A stretch of 64,000 nucleotides of DNA from Nitrosopumilus sp. (GTDB taxonomy: Archaea; Thermoproteota; Nitrososphaeria; Nitrososphaerales; Nitrosopumilaceae): NCBI GenBank assembly GCA_965218695.1, contig OZ244651.1, forward strand, positions 1,280,001 to 1,344,000, written 5' to 3'. Below the pieces are notes generated by a model. It did not search any database, was not told where the DNA came from, and worked only from the letters and a program-made list of their open reading frames with translations. The position numbers were made by a program, and so were the translations under genes. Shown here piece after piece: positions 1 to 8,525 of this stretch; position 1 is the first letter of the stretch; every line of letters starts with the position of its first letter.

Positions 1-54
1 CAGCCGGTCTTCCTTGCGGGCATCCTTTAATGATTTTTCCAGAATCCTACTCAT
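1..54 (-). CDS. rpl30e: Ribosomal protein L30e, 5' end only (runs off window start)
   Basis: ATG at 54 reads MSRILEKSLKDARKEDRL, resembling thaumarchaeal L30e N-termini; TATA box 33 nt upstream; only 18 codons visible. Confidence 0.6.
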   Translation of the reverse strand, partial: MSRILEKSLKDARKEDRL

Positions 55-80
55 TCCTAATCTGAACCGTCTTGATGGGT

Positions 81-98
81 CTTTATAGGTTTTTGTTC
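81..98 (-). promoter_or_regulatory. BRE/TATA promoter of rpl30e
   Basis: Minus strand GAACAAAAACC-TATAAAG; TATAAA starts at 87, 33 nt before ATG at 54. Confidence 0.65.
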
Positions 99-103
99 TA
101 TTT

Positions 104-1403
104 CAGTAGTCGGAAATTTACCCTCTAAGCCATCCAACAGATGTTCGCAGACGTGTTAACATTTTTCGAGCATACGGATCTATTATCTACGGCGTCCTTG
201 CCCACCCTAGTGTTTGCGCAAAAAGGTGGGCAGGTACACCGTAACAAGATCGGAGAAAGGATGCTTAATACCTTGTCAGGAATACTGTGGTCTGCACCCA
301 TAGGATTCCCTACTGGGAACAATGCCCAATACGGGGTGGGCGAGTTTGCAGCCATACTGATGAAGATGTCTGAATCCAACATAGCCTCCGAGGAGGCAAT
401 CAGGCTGCTCAAGCATGCCAAAAAGAAGATGCCGTCACCCAAGTGGTTTCGCAACATGGTAAACTCGCTAGAATCAGACGGTGCAGACGAACTCTGCAGG
501 GACATGCTCACACGCACCGCAAGGCTTGCCAAGAATACGTGCCGGTACAAGGGAGGCGTACTGGTGGCAATAGACAAGCACCTGATACCAAGGCACGACA
601 AGGACAACATGTCACACCTGATATGGTCCAAACCAAAGGGCGGTACAGGCAGGTTCGAGTGCTATGCGACAATGCACGTGGTAGCAGAGCAGGTTCCGGC
701 CATTTTGGAGTGCATGCAGGTCACGCGCAGCGTGGACAACGCCGATTTTGTGCGTAAATTCATGCAAAAACTCAGGGATTACAGGATACGGGCCCGGCTG
801 CTGCTGATGGACCGCGAGTTTTACTCGACTGAGATAATCAGGCTTGTATCCGAACAAAGGCGCAAGTTCCTGATGCCGGCAGTCAAGAACGTGGGGATGA
901 AGAGGGCGATACGGGAGCACCACGATAAATCACGCAGGGCAGTCTCACGGTACACCCTCAGAAACGCAGCAGGCCAGTCTGTTACATTCACGTTGATAAT
1001 CACGCCCTCAAAAAAGATAGACGATCCTGATGCCGATGCCACGGAAAGATACCATGTCTTTGCCACCAACCTTTCCCCTGCCAGGGCGCTAGACGAGATT
1101 GAGACGCTTCCAGAGGAGTACAGGAGAAGGTGGGGGATAGAGACAGGATACAAGCAGGTAGAGCAGGTGCGTCCGAGGACGACAAGCCGCAATGCGTCGT
1201 TTAGGGCAATCATGTTTTACGTCTCGCTGTTCATGTACAACACGTGGGCAGTGGAGCAGTACCGTGCGGATTCGAGTTATGATCGGGTGACTCTGGCGCT
1301 TGTCGCATATGCTGCGGCCATGGCTGCATTGGAATTATGTAGGATTGTGGGTCAACCGTATGATGTCGGGGGACCTGCCTAAGGGGTAAATTTCCGACTA
1401 CTG
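104..1403 (+). mobile_element. ISH3-family IS, element A copy 1 (1300 bp)
   Basis: IR CAGTAGTCGGAAATTTACCC at 104 and its reverse complement ending 1403; 5-bp TSD TATTT at 99-103 and 1404-1408. Confidence 0.93.
141..1382 (+). CDS. ISH3-family DDE transposase (true start may be downstream)
   Basis: AIDKH, MDREFYS and YRRRWGIETGYK motifs of IS4/ISH3-type transposases. Confidence 0.9.
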   Translation: MFADVLTFFEHTDLLSTASLPTLVFAQKGGQVHRNKIGERMLNTLSGILWSAPIGFPTGNNAQYGVGEFAAILMKMSESNIASEEAIRLLKHAKKKMPSPKWFRNMVNSLESDGADELCRDMLTRTARLAKNTCRYKGGVLVAIDKHLIPRHDKDNMSHLIWSKPKGGTGRFECYATMHVVAEQVPAILECMQVTRSVDNADFVRKFMQKLRDYRIRARLLLMDREFYSTEIIRLVSEQRRKFLMPAVKNVGMKRAIREHHDKSRRAVSRYTLRNAAGQSVTFTLIITPSKKIDDPDADATERYHVFATNLSPARALDEIETLPEEYRRRWGIETGYKQVEQVRPRTTSRNASFRAIMFYVSLFMYNTWAVEQYRADSSYDRVTLALVAYAAAMAALELCRIVGQPYDVGGPA

Positions 1404-1409
1404 TATTTC

Positions 1410-2622
1410 GGGTGTGTCCTAGAGGCATATACCCCCGGATGACAAAAGATATGGATCGGCGGATCACGGCATCGCCTAATGACTACAAAGAAACGCGACC
1501 AACGACAGTACGATTTGGTTCAGCAGTACCTGTCGGGCCTCATGCTGAATACCGTGCTGGGAATAATCAAGAATCTTGGGGATCCGTACGCCGTCAGGCC
1601 CGGCCTGGGCGGCATGACGGCATACCCGCCTGGCGCCATGGCAGCTGTCTGCATCATGCTTGAGGCACAGCGCACGACCTACCGTAAGATGGTCGGCATC
1701 CTCCGAAACAATAGCGCCATGGCAGCCAAGATGGGCCTAGAGAAAATTCCCTCCAAGAGCACGATAGCACGCGCCTACGGCCTGATCCCGGAATGGTACC
1801 TGGCAGAGGCACACCGGATTGCCATCAGGGAGGTGGAGGCAGGCTCCCTGGCAGCAGACGGTACCGGATACTCGTACCTGCGGTTTGTCAGGTGGTTTGA
1901 CGTCAGGACCGACAGTTTTCGTACCAGAAAGGGATGGGTCAAACTGCACGCAATCGTGGATATCCGCACCAGGGTGATAATCGACTGCATGGTGACTGAC
2001 AGCGCAGTGGCAGACATAAACGGGCTGTACGCGATGCTCGGCAGGTTAGGCCGGGGCACCGGCGACTTTTGCCTGGATTCTGCATACCTGGCAAGGCTCA
2101 TGTGCAACATGATATCTGCGATGGGAATGGTACCCCGCATCAAGCCAAAATCCAACACCATACGCAACGCCAGGGGAAGCCAGTCGTGGCGCGAGATGGT
2201 AAGCCTGTACATGGATGAACGGGACAGGTTTGACTCGGAATACCACCAGCGCAGCATCATCGAGGCAGTCTTTGCCGCCCTCAAGAAGATGTACGGGGAC
2301 AGCACCCGGTGCCGGAAACACGAGAACCGGACAAGGGAGACTGCGATCCGTGTCATGTGCTACAACATCGAGCTCGTGGCCAGATTGCAGGCAAAAGACG
2401 GCAGGCTCACACAGGATCAAATCGCGACACTTGCAGCATAGCTGGCGCGTTTCACCACGCGCTTCCTAGCGGAGCCTCCGCACCGTGTCTTGGATTTGGG
2501 GGATTTTATGGGTTGTGGAGGATCGATGGTGCGGCACTGTTGGCGTCGACGGGTTCTGGCACCAATCATGTCTTTGGCATCTTGGCACATGAAATGGCAT
2601 TTTTTATTACTAGGACACACCC
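1410..2622 (+). mobile_element. IS5-family IS, element B (1213 bp)
   Basis: 13-bp IR GGGTGTGTCCTAG at 1410-1422 / CTAGGACACACCC at 2610-2622; 3-bp TSD TTC at 1407-1409 and 2623-2625. Confidence 0.88.
1479..2441 (+). CDS. IS5-family DDE transposase
   Basis: DGTG, WVKLH, LDSAY and YHQRSIIEAVFAALK (YREK) motifs. Confidence 0.88.
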   Translation: MTTKKRDQRQYDLVQQYLSGLMLNTVLGIIKNLGDPYAVRPGLGGMTAYPPGAMAAVCIMLEAQRTTYRKMVGILRNNSAMAAKMGLEKIPSKSTIARAYGLIPEWYLAEAHRIAIREVEAGSLAADGTGYSYLRFVRWFDVRTDSFRTRKGWVKLHAIVDIRTRVIIDCMVTDSAVADINGLYAMLGRLGRGTGDFCLDSAYLARLMCNMISAMGMVPRIKPKSNTIRNARGSQSWREMVSLYMDERDRFDSEYHQRSIIEAVFAALKKMYGDSTRCRKHENRTRETAIRVMCYNIELVARLQAKDGRLTQDQIATLAA

Positions 2623-2630
2623 TTCTATTT

Positions 2631-3930
2631 CAGTAGTCGGAAATTTACCCTCTAAGCCATCCAACAGATGTTCGCAGACGTGTTAACATTTTTCGAGCAT
2701 ACGGATCTATTATCTACGGCGTCCTTGCCCACCCTAGTGTTTGCGCAAAAAGGTGGGCAGGTACACCGTAACAAGATCGGAGAAAGGATGCTTAATACCT
2801 TGTCAGGAATACTGTGGTCTGCACCCATAGGATTCCCTACTGGGAACAATGCCCAATACGGGGTGGGCGAGTTTGCAGCCATACTGATGAAGATGTCTGA
2901 ATCCAACATAGCCTCCGAGGAGGCAATCAGGCTGCTCAAGCATGCCAAAAAGAAGATGCCGTCACCCAAGTGGTTTCGCAACATGGTAAACTCGCTAGAA
3001 TCAGACGGTGCAGACGAACTCTGCAGGGACATGCTCACACGCACCGCAAGGCTTGCCAAGAATACGTGCCGGTACAAGGGAGGCGTACTGGTGGCAATAG
3101 ACAAGCACCTGATACCAAGGCACGACAAGGACAACATGTCACACCTGATATGGTCCAAACCAAAGGGCGGTACAGGCAGGTTCGAGTGCTATGCGACAAT
3201 GCACGTGGTAGCAGAGCAGGTTCCGACCATTTTGGAGTGCATGCAGGTCACGCGCAGCGTGGACAACGCCGATTTTGTGCGTAAATTCATGCAAAAACTC
3301 AGGGATTACAGGATACGGGCCCGGCTGCTGCTGATGGACCGCGAGTTTTACTCGACTGAGATAATCAGGCTTGTATCCGAACAAAGGCGCAAGTTCCTGA
3401 TGCCGGCAGTCAAGAACGTGGGGATGAAGAGGGCGATACGGGAGCACCACGATAAATCACGCAGGGCAGTCTCACGGTACACCCTCAGAAACGCAGCAGG
3501 CCAGTCTGTTACATTCACGTTGATAATCACGCCCTCAAAAAAGATAGACGATCCTGATGCCGATGCCACGGAAAGATACCATGTCTTTGCCACCAACCTT
3601 TCCCCTGCCAGGGCGCTAGACGAGATTGAGACGCTTCCAGAGGAGTACAGGAGAAGGTGGGGGATAGAGACAGGATACAAGCAGGTAGAGCAGGTGCGTC
3701 CGAGGACGACAAGCCGCAATGCGTCGTTTAGGGCAATCATGTTTTACGTCTCGCTGTTCATGTACAACACGTGGGCAGTGGAGCAGTACCGTGCGGATTC
3801 GAGTTATGATCGGGTGACTCTGGCGCTTGTCGCATATGCTGCGGCCATGGCTGCATTGGAATTATGTAGGATTGTGGGTCAACCGTATGATGTCGGGGGA
3901 CCTGCCTAAGGGGTAAATTTCCGACTACTG
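2631..3930 (+). mobile_element. ISH3-family IS, element A copy 2 (1300 bp)
   Basis: Same IRs as copy 1; TSD TATTT at 2626-2630 and 3931-3935; one visible difference from copy 1 (G699 vs A3226). Confidence 0.93.
2668..3909 (+). CDS. ISH3-family DDE transposase (copy 2)
   Basis: Identical to the 141..1382 protein except VPAIL to VPTIL. Confidence 0.9.
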   Translation: MFADVLTFFEHTDLLSTASLPTLVFAQKGGQVHRNKIGERMLNTLSGILWSAPIGFPTGNNAQYGVGEFAAILMKMSESNIASEEAIRLLKHAKKKMPSPKWFRNMVNSLESDGADELCRDMLTRTARLAKNTCRYKGGVLVAIDKHLIPRHDKDNMSHLIWSKPKGGTGRFECYATMHVVAEQVPTILECMQVTRSVDNADFVRKFMQKLRDYRIRARLLLMDREFYSTEIIRLVSEQRRKFLMPAVKNVGMKRAIREHHDKSRRAVSRYTLRNAAGQSVTFTLIITPSKKIDDPDADATERYHVFATNLSPARALDEIETLPEEYRRRWGIETGYKQVEQVRPRTTSRNASFRAIMFYVSLFMYNTWAVEQYRADSSYDRVTLALVAYAAAMAALELCRIVGQPYDVGGPA

Positions 3931-3943
3931 TATTTGTCTGTAT

Positions 3944-5077
3944 TGTGGAATACGAAAAGTAGTTCCTCCCTTACTCCACATGATACTGCTCCCCTGTCTG
4001 CTCGTCTATTACTATCTCTCCTTTGGGTGGCATCTTGCGCACAAACGCCTGGGCTGGCGTCTCCTCCCCGTCTAGGCCAAGTGACATGTGCGGTCTGTCG
4101 TAATTGTACCACTGCATGAAGAGGTCCACCGGGTCGCTCTTGCGCATCATTATCGCCTCAAATTCGGGCAGCTTCCGCTGGATCTCCCCGTGCAGCCTCT
4201 CCAGCTTGCCGTTGGTCTGCGGATGCCTCACGCCTGCCAGAATCTGCTTGATGCCAAGCTCTGCCAGCCTCTTTTCAAATTGGGATGCACCCTTTTTCTT
4301 TGCCTCTGATGCGGTGGCGTAGAACTGGGATCCGCGGTCAGTCATTATGGATGCAGGCTTGCCGTGGTTTCTTATCGCCTCGTCCAATACCGACAGGGCG
4401 TTTTCTGCCGTTGCGCGCTCAAACGTGCCGTACGCAGTCACGAACCGCGAGGCGTCGTCCTCGTAACACAGGAACCATCTGCCGTCATCAAGCAGCTTGT
4501 AGTCGGTGTGCCACATCGAGTTGGAGTAGGTGCGCTCAAAGCGGATCCACTTGCGGCGCTTGCTCTTGTTGGGCTGTCTGGCAGCCAGATCCTCGTCACG
4601 CAATACCATGTGTATGCGGTTGTATGGAATATTTATTCCGGTGACGTCCCTTATGCGCCCGTGCAGGCGCACGGCCCCGACGTGGTCATTGCCCTTGGCG
4701 CACAGTACCGCGGAGTGTTCCTTCCGGCCGGGAAGGCCGCATGCGGGCCTGCCCGTGTGCATCGGATATGCCACGCTGCTGCGTTCCTGTCCCCTGTACC
4801 TGGAATACAGCCTCCTTATCCACCGCGGCGACACACCCATGGCCTTGGAGATGCATGAATTGGTGGATCCCTTGTCCTTCTCCAAAAGTATCCACCTTAC
4901 CTTCGATTCGTCCAGCTTTTTCATGATGCGTACTCTCCGGGTTCCCATATGCCGCCACCGATTGGAGTACATCGTTCTTGCCCACACACCCTTGCTTCCA
5001 CTCAACACCAGACTGAGCTTGCTTCCAAACACGCCGGCTCCATTGGTTAGGGGAGGAACTACTTTTTGTACAACGTA
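3944..5077 (-). mobile_element. IS481-family IS (1134 bp)
   Basis: Sub-terminal IR TAC(G/A)AAAAGTAGTTCCTCCC; TGT terminus at 3944; 15-bp DR TCTATTTGTCTGTAT at 5078-5092, with the left copy split by ISH3 copy 2 (2624-2630 + 3936-3943). Confidence 0.82.
3971..5032 (-). CDS. IS481-family integrase-core (rve) transposase; start likely ~4950 or 4924
   Basis: HTH N-terminus, WHTDY, DDASR, MTDRGSQF, HPQTNGKLER, YNYDRPH motifs. Confidence 0.9.
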   Translation of the reverse strand: MFGSKLSLVLSGSKGVWARTMYSNRWRHMGTRRVRIMKKLDESKVRWILLEKDKGSTNSCISKAMGVSPRWIRRLYSRYRGQERSSVAYPMHTGRPACGLPGRKEHSAVLCAKGNDHVGAVRLHGRIRDVTGINIPYNRIHMVLRDEDLAARQPNKSKRRKWIRFERTYSNSMWHTDYKLLDDGRWFLCYEDDASRFVTAYGTFERATAENALSVLDEAIRNHGKPASIMTDRGSQFYATASEAKKKGASQFEKRLAELGIKQILAGVRHPQTNGKLERLHGEIQRKLPEFEAIMMRKSDPVDLFMQWYNYDRPHMSLGLDGEETPAQAFVRKMPPKGEIVIDEQTGEQYHVE

Positions 5078-5523
5078 TCTATTTGTCTGTATATACTCAG
5101 GTCCCCCTCAAATCCGGGCGTGAACATACGTAAACAGTACATGCTTGTGCCTGGACAGTACCGGGACTTGGGCATGTGCATTTGTGTGGTTTATGCCTGA
5201 CTCGTGTACCGGCGGGGCCATGGGATGGGACCCTTGGAAAAACGAATGCCGGACGGATCTGGGGAAGGGGACGGAGGGAAATTTCATTCCGGCCTCATGT
5301 GGAATGGTGGAGTCGTGGGCATGAAAATACGCATTCCAATCAGACGATGAGTCAATCCGCCAACCTGCATGATTGCAAAACCCCGCCCACATGTTTTGCA
5401 CGGGGCCTGCCGGGGTTCGTCTGTCCCCTGGCATCAATATTGGTGAATTAGCCGCGCCTGCACCGCAGCAGCGCACATCATGCAAAATAACCTGTTCAAC
5501 GCCTGTCGCCTTTCCGGCGGTGC

Positions 5524-5745
5524 CTACTCTGGGAATGATATTGCCATGATGTTGTCGCCGCGCAACAGAACATTTCCGATGAGTACGGATTTTTCATCCG
5601 AGACGTCCTCGGTATCATTCAGCGTCATATTCATGTGGATGTCAAATTCCTTCAGGGTGCCCCGTATGGTCTTTTTGTTTCTCAGTCTCAGCATGATAGT
5701 CTTGCCCCTGTTGCTGTTCATTAGCGTCGGGATCTCGTCTACCAT
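5524..5745 (-). CDS. Sm-like (Lsm) RNA-binding protein
   Basis: Sm1 motif GTLKEFDIHMNMTL and Sm2 motif LLRGDNI. Confidence 0.92.
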   Translation of the reverse strand: MVDEIPTLMNSNRGKTIMLRLRNKKTIRGTLKEFDIHMNMTLNDTEDVSDEKSVLIGNVLLRGDNIMAISFPE

Positions 5746-5841
5746 TGCGTTTATGCGTAGTTTACTCCTACTTATTTTATACTATCTGGGGGTTCTCCTG
5801 CATCATCGGTTGGTGACACAAAATCAGGATCTTCTCCAGAT

Positions 5842-6018
5842 TCACTCGTCTGGCCTGCGCACCATTATGTCATCACCGGAAATGACAAACTTTAGTTTGT
5901 CGGGATTGCCAAGCATTTCAAGTATCGGTTTTGGTATGTAGCTGTAGTTTGTCAGACGCTTCTCGTTTTTGATCACAGAAACGGTAAATTCCTTGGCGTC
6001 TTTGGCCCACTGGGTCAT
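5842..6018 (-). CDS. Small AbrB/MazE-like DNA-binding protein (58 aa) inside the IS6 element
   Basis: Hand translation MTQWAKDAKEFTVSVIKNEKRLTNYSYIPKPILEMLGNPDKLKFVISGDDIMVRRPDE; IPKxIxExLG pattern; below ORF-track cutoff. Confidence 0.65.
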   Translation of the reverse strand: MTQWAKDAKEFTVSVIKNEKRLTNYSYIPKPILEMLGNPDKLKFVISGDDIMVRRPDE

Positions 6019-6089
6019 GAATTTTTTTTAGCTGCCTGTTATTTAAGACTGGTAGAAAGATCTATGTAATAATACCAATTGGTTTATTT

Positions 6090-7235
6090 ATGAACAGGGC
6101 AAAACGCGCCAAAACGGCGGCAAGGCAGGGACAGGTGATCAGCAACGACCCAAAGCAGGTGAGGATGACAAGTCTCAGACGATGGAATGTGGCATCGCAG
6201 TCTATTCCAGGACTGTGGTATCTGGTGATTCTTGGCTCTGCCGGGTTTGTATGCGCGTGCCAGCATTACGTCAATTGTGACGGCCTGTGCAAGCACGTGC
6301 GGGCAGTGGACGTGTTGCTTGGCCGGATGTGGGACCGGTGCAGGAACCAAAATACAATTGTCATTAGCATGCCTCAGACTGCATGCCACCATTGCAAGTC
6401 GACTGTGTTTGCACGCAACGGGCACCGACACAACGCGTACGGGCCGATCCGGCGGTACCGGTGTAAGCCGTGCGGCCGGACATTCTCCGGACGGCCGGGC
6501 TTCAAGAAGCGCCATGCCGGCCCAGAGGCGATATCCCGGGCACTCAGGGAGGCAGCGTACGGGCTGTCCTGCGCTGCGGTGCAGGCAGTGATGGCACAGG
6601 ACGGAACAACCGTGCATTCAAGCACGATATACAGGTGGACTGCACATTATTCGACGCTGATGGATGAATATTCAAGGCGGCTGCAGCCGCGCACGAGCTA
6701 CAAGTGGCACTGCGACGAGATACATTTCAAGGTTCGCGCGCAGGCGCGGTGGCTTTTTGCCGTCATGGACGGCGCCAGCAGGTTCATACTGTCCCATGAC
6801 GTGTCTGAGACAAAACTCAACTACAGACCCGCCCCCCTGTTTGCAGCCGCAAGGAATCTGGCCGGAACCACCCCGTGGGTGCTGGTAACAGACGGCCTGC
6901 AGGCGTTTTGTCCTGCCGCCCGCAGGGCGTTTTGGAGACGCAACGGCTTCAGGCTGATCCACGTCCGGGAGATTCACCTGAAGAACCGCTTCAGTCATAA
7001 CAACAAGCACGAGAGGCTTAACGGCGAATTCAAGGATCGCATCAAGACCGCCCGCGAGTTCGGGACAGAAAGTCCCGCGCTTGTGCGGCTGATGATCGTC
7101 CACCACAACTTTTTCCGCCCCCATGGCGGCATTGGCAAAATTACACCCGCAGAGGCCGCAGGGATCGTCATATCTGGAACGGACAAGCAGATCACCCTCA
7201 TCAGTAATGCAGCAGCTGCTGCTGCAGCAGCGTAG
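6090..7235 (+). CDS. IS6-family transposase with N-terminal SWIM and Zn-ribbon domains
   Basis: CACQH..LCKH (SWIM), CHHC..YRCKPCGRTF, WHCDE, LVTDG, NNKHERLNGEFKDR. Confidence 0.85.
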   Translation: MNRAKRAKTAARQGQVISNDPKQVRMTSLRRWNVASQSIPGLWYLVILGSAGFVCACQHYVNCDGLCKHVRAVDVLLGRMWDRCRNQNTIVISMPQTACHHCKSTVFARNGHRHNAYGPIRRYRCKPCGRTFSGRPGFKKRHAGPEAISRALREAAYGLSCAAVQAVMAQDGTTVHSSTIYRWTAHYSTLMDEYSRRLQPRTSYKWHCDEIHFKVRAQARWLFAVMDGASRFILSHDVSETKLNYRPAPLFAAARNLAGTTPWVLVTDGLQAFCPAARRAFWRRNGFRLIHVREIHLKNRFSHNNKHERLNGEFKDRIKTAREFGTESPALVRLMIVHHNFFRPHGGIGKITPAEAAGIVISGTDKQITLISNAAAAAAAA

Positions 7236-7280
7236 TCGCAGCAGCAGCAGTAGCAACGGCAGCTGTAGCAACGGCAGCGA
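7209..7280. repeat. GCA/CAG-rich low-complexity tract
   Basis: gcagcagctgctgctgcagcagcg...gcagcagcagcagtagcaacggcagctgtagcaacggcagc; encodes the poly-Ala transposase tail. Confidence 0.7.
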
Positions 7281-7820
7281 CACACGTAGCCCAGACTGGC
7301 CTTGGCGTGATGGATGTCCCATCAATGCATGTCATGGCAATGACTGGGATTATCCATCACAACTGGCAGATTCTCCCTAGAGGAATTATGATTTAATGGG
7401 GAATGGCATAACGGTGCGTAAAACAGGCAAGTAAATCTGGAGAAGATCCTGAATTTGTGCCACCAACCGATGATGCAGGAGAACCCTATCTGGGTGCTCT
7501 CGGATTACAGATGTCAAACATAGACATGTTCTGATTTTTGGCATCGCCATCTGTTTTCCATTATCTGTATTTGTGGTGGTTTCGGGAAACCGCATGCACA
7601 AATACATCATGCCGCTGTTTGGGGCGGCAGCGGTTTTTGTGGCTTTTTTTTGGTGCCCTTGCAGAGACATTCGTACCCAAAATACCCCAAAAAAGGAAAA
7701 TGCAGTTGACTAGCAGACGAATGATGAATGTCGCGTCCGGAAGTATCAACCCCCTCCGGATACATGCAATTTCATGCTTTGCCCATCAACATTAATAACA
7801 TCTACGTGCAATGCTTTCTG

Positions 7821-8525
7821 TTGTTTCAAAGCGAGATCCAGAAATCACTTGATCTGTTGGAGAAGGACTGGGACGTGGATCCGATCCTGCGGAATTTCGT
7901 GCTGGGCAAAATCACTGACGTGTCTGACCGGCCGGTCAGGGTGGGCAGGGTCGTCTTTCACGTACCATACCTGGACTCTGAGAAGAAGTACGTCCTGTGG
8001 AAGTGCTTCTGGCCTGACTGCCACAACTGCTGCAACCGGCAGGGCAGACTCCCGCTGACCTCTGATGACCTCATCACGATTGGCAGGGGGCTAAAGTACC
8101 AAAGGACGTCGGACTTTATACGAAACGAGACCATCACAACAACATACCAGGAGCATGGCCCCTCTGGGCAGGCAACTGTCATGACTACAATCAACCTGAA
8201 GAGAAAGACAGACGAGACTGCCGAGGACGACGGAACGCACGTCCCGTGCAGATTCCTTGACGAGAAGGGCGGATGCAGCATGCATCCGGACAGGCCGGGC
8301 GTGTGCTACCTGTATCCGTTCTCAACCTGGCTAGAAAACGAGAAGGGAATGGCGCGAGTACACGCCACATACCAGTTTACCGGAGACTGCCCGGGGTTCT
8401 ACCTTGCAGACTCCCTGGAACCCATGAACGGCGAGTTCAAGGAGTACTCTGGGATAATTTACGATTACAACATGGCCTCTGCCCGTACCGGCAGGGAGGG
8501 GTTCGGCTCAATTGCCCTTGGCTAG
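7821..8525 (+). CDS. YkgJ-family (CxxCxxCC) cysteine cluster protein; start approximate (ORF open from 7728)
   Basis: CFWPDCHNCC, CRFL...CSMHPDRPGVCYLYPF motifs. Confidence 0.8.
   Translation: MFQSEIQKSLDLLEKDWDVDPILRNFVLGKITDVSDRPVRVGRVVFHVPYLDSEKKYVLWKCFWPDCHNCCNRQGRLPLTSDDLITIGRGLKYQRTSDFIRNETITTTYQEHGPSGQATVMTTINLKRKTDETAEDDGTHVPCRFLDEKGGCSMHPDRPGVCYLYPFSTWLENEKGMARVHATYQFTGDCPGFYLADSLEPMNGEFKEYSGIIYDYNMASARTGREGFGSIALG

Larger units (their letters stand above)
5791..7485 (+). mobile_element. IS6-family element with long IRs and a small passenger gene (1695 bp)
   Basis: IRs start GGTTCTCCTGCA (IS6/IS257-like), 50/52 identical with weaker similarity to ~83 bp; DR CTATCTGGG at 5782-5790 and 7486-7494. 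Confidence 0.88.

Noticed and set aside
5108-5485. ORFs in the IS481-lsm spacer
   Set aside because: No recognisable motifs and atypical composition; treated as non-coding
7500-7700. Minus-strand fragments KKSHKNRCR and CACGFP reminiscent of ribosomal protein L37e near lsm
   Set aside because: The fragments are in different frames, lack the first CxxC, and lie upstream rather than downstream of lsm; likely chance
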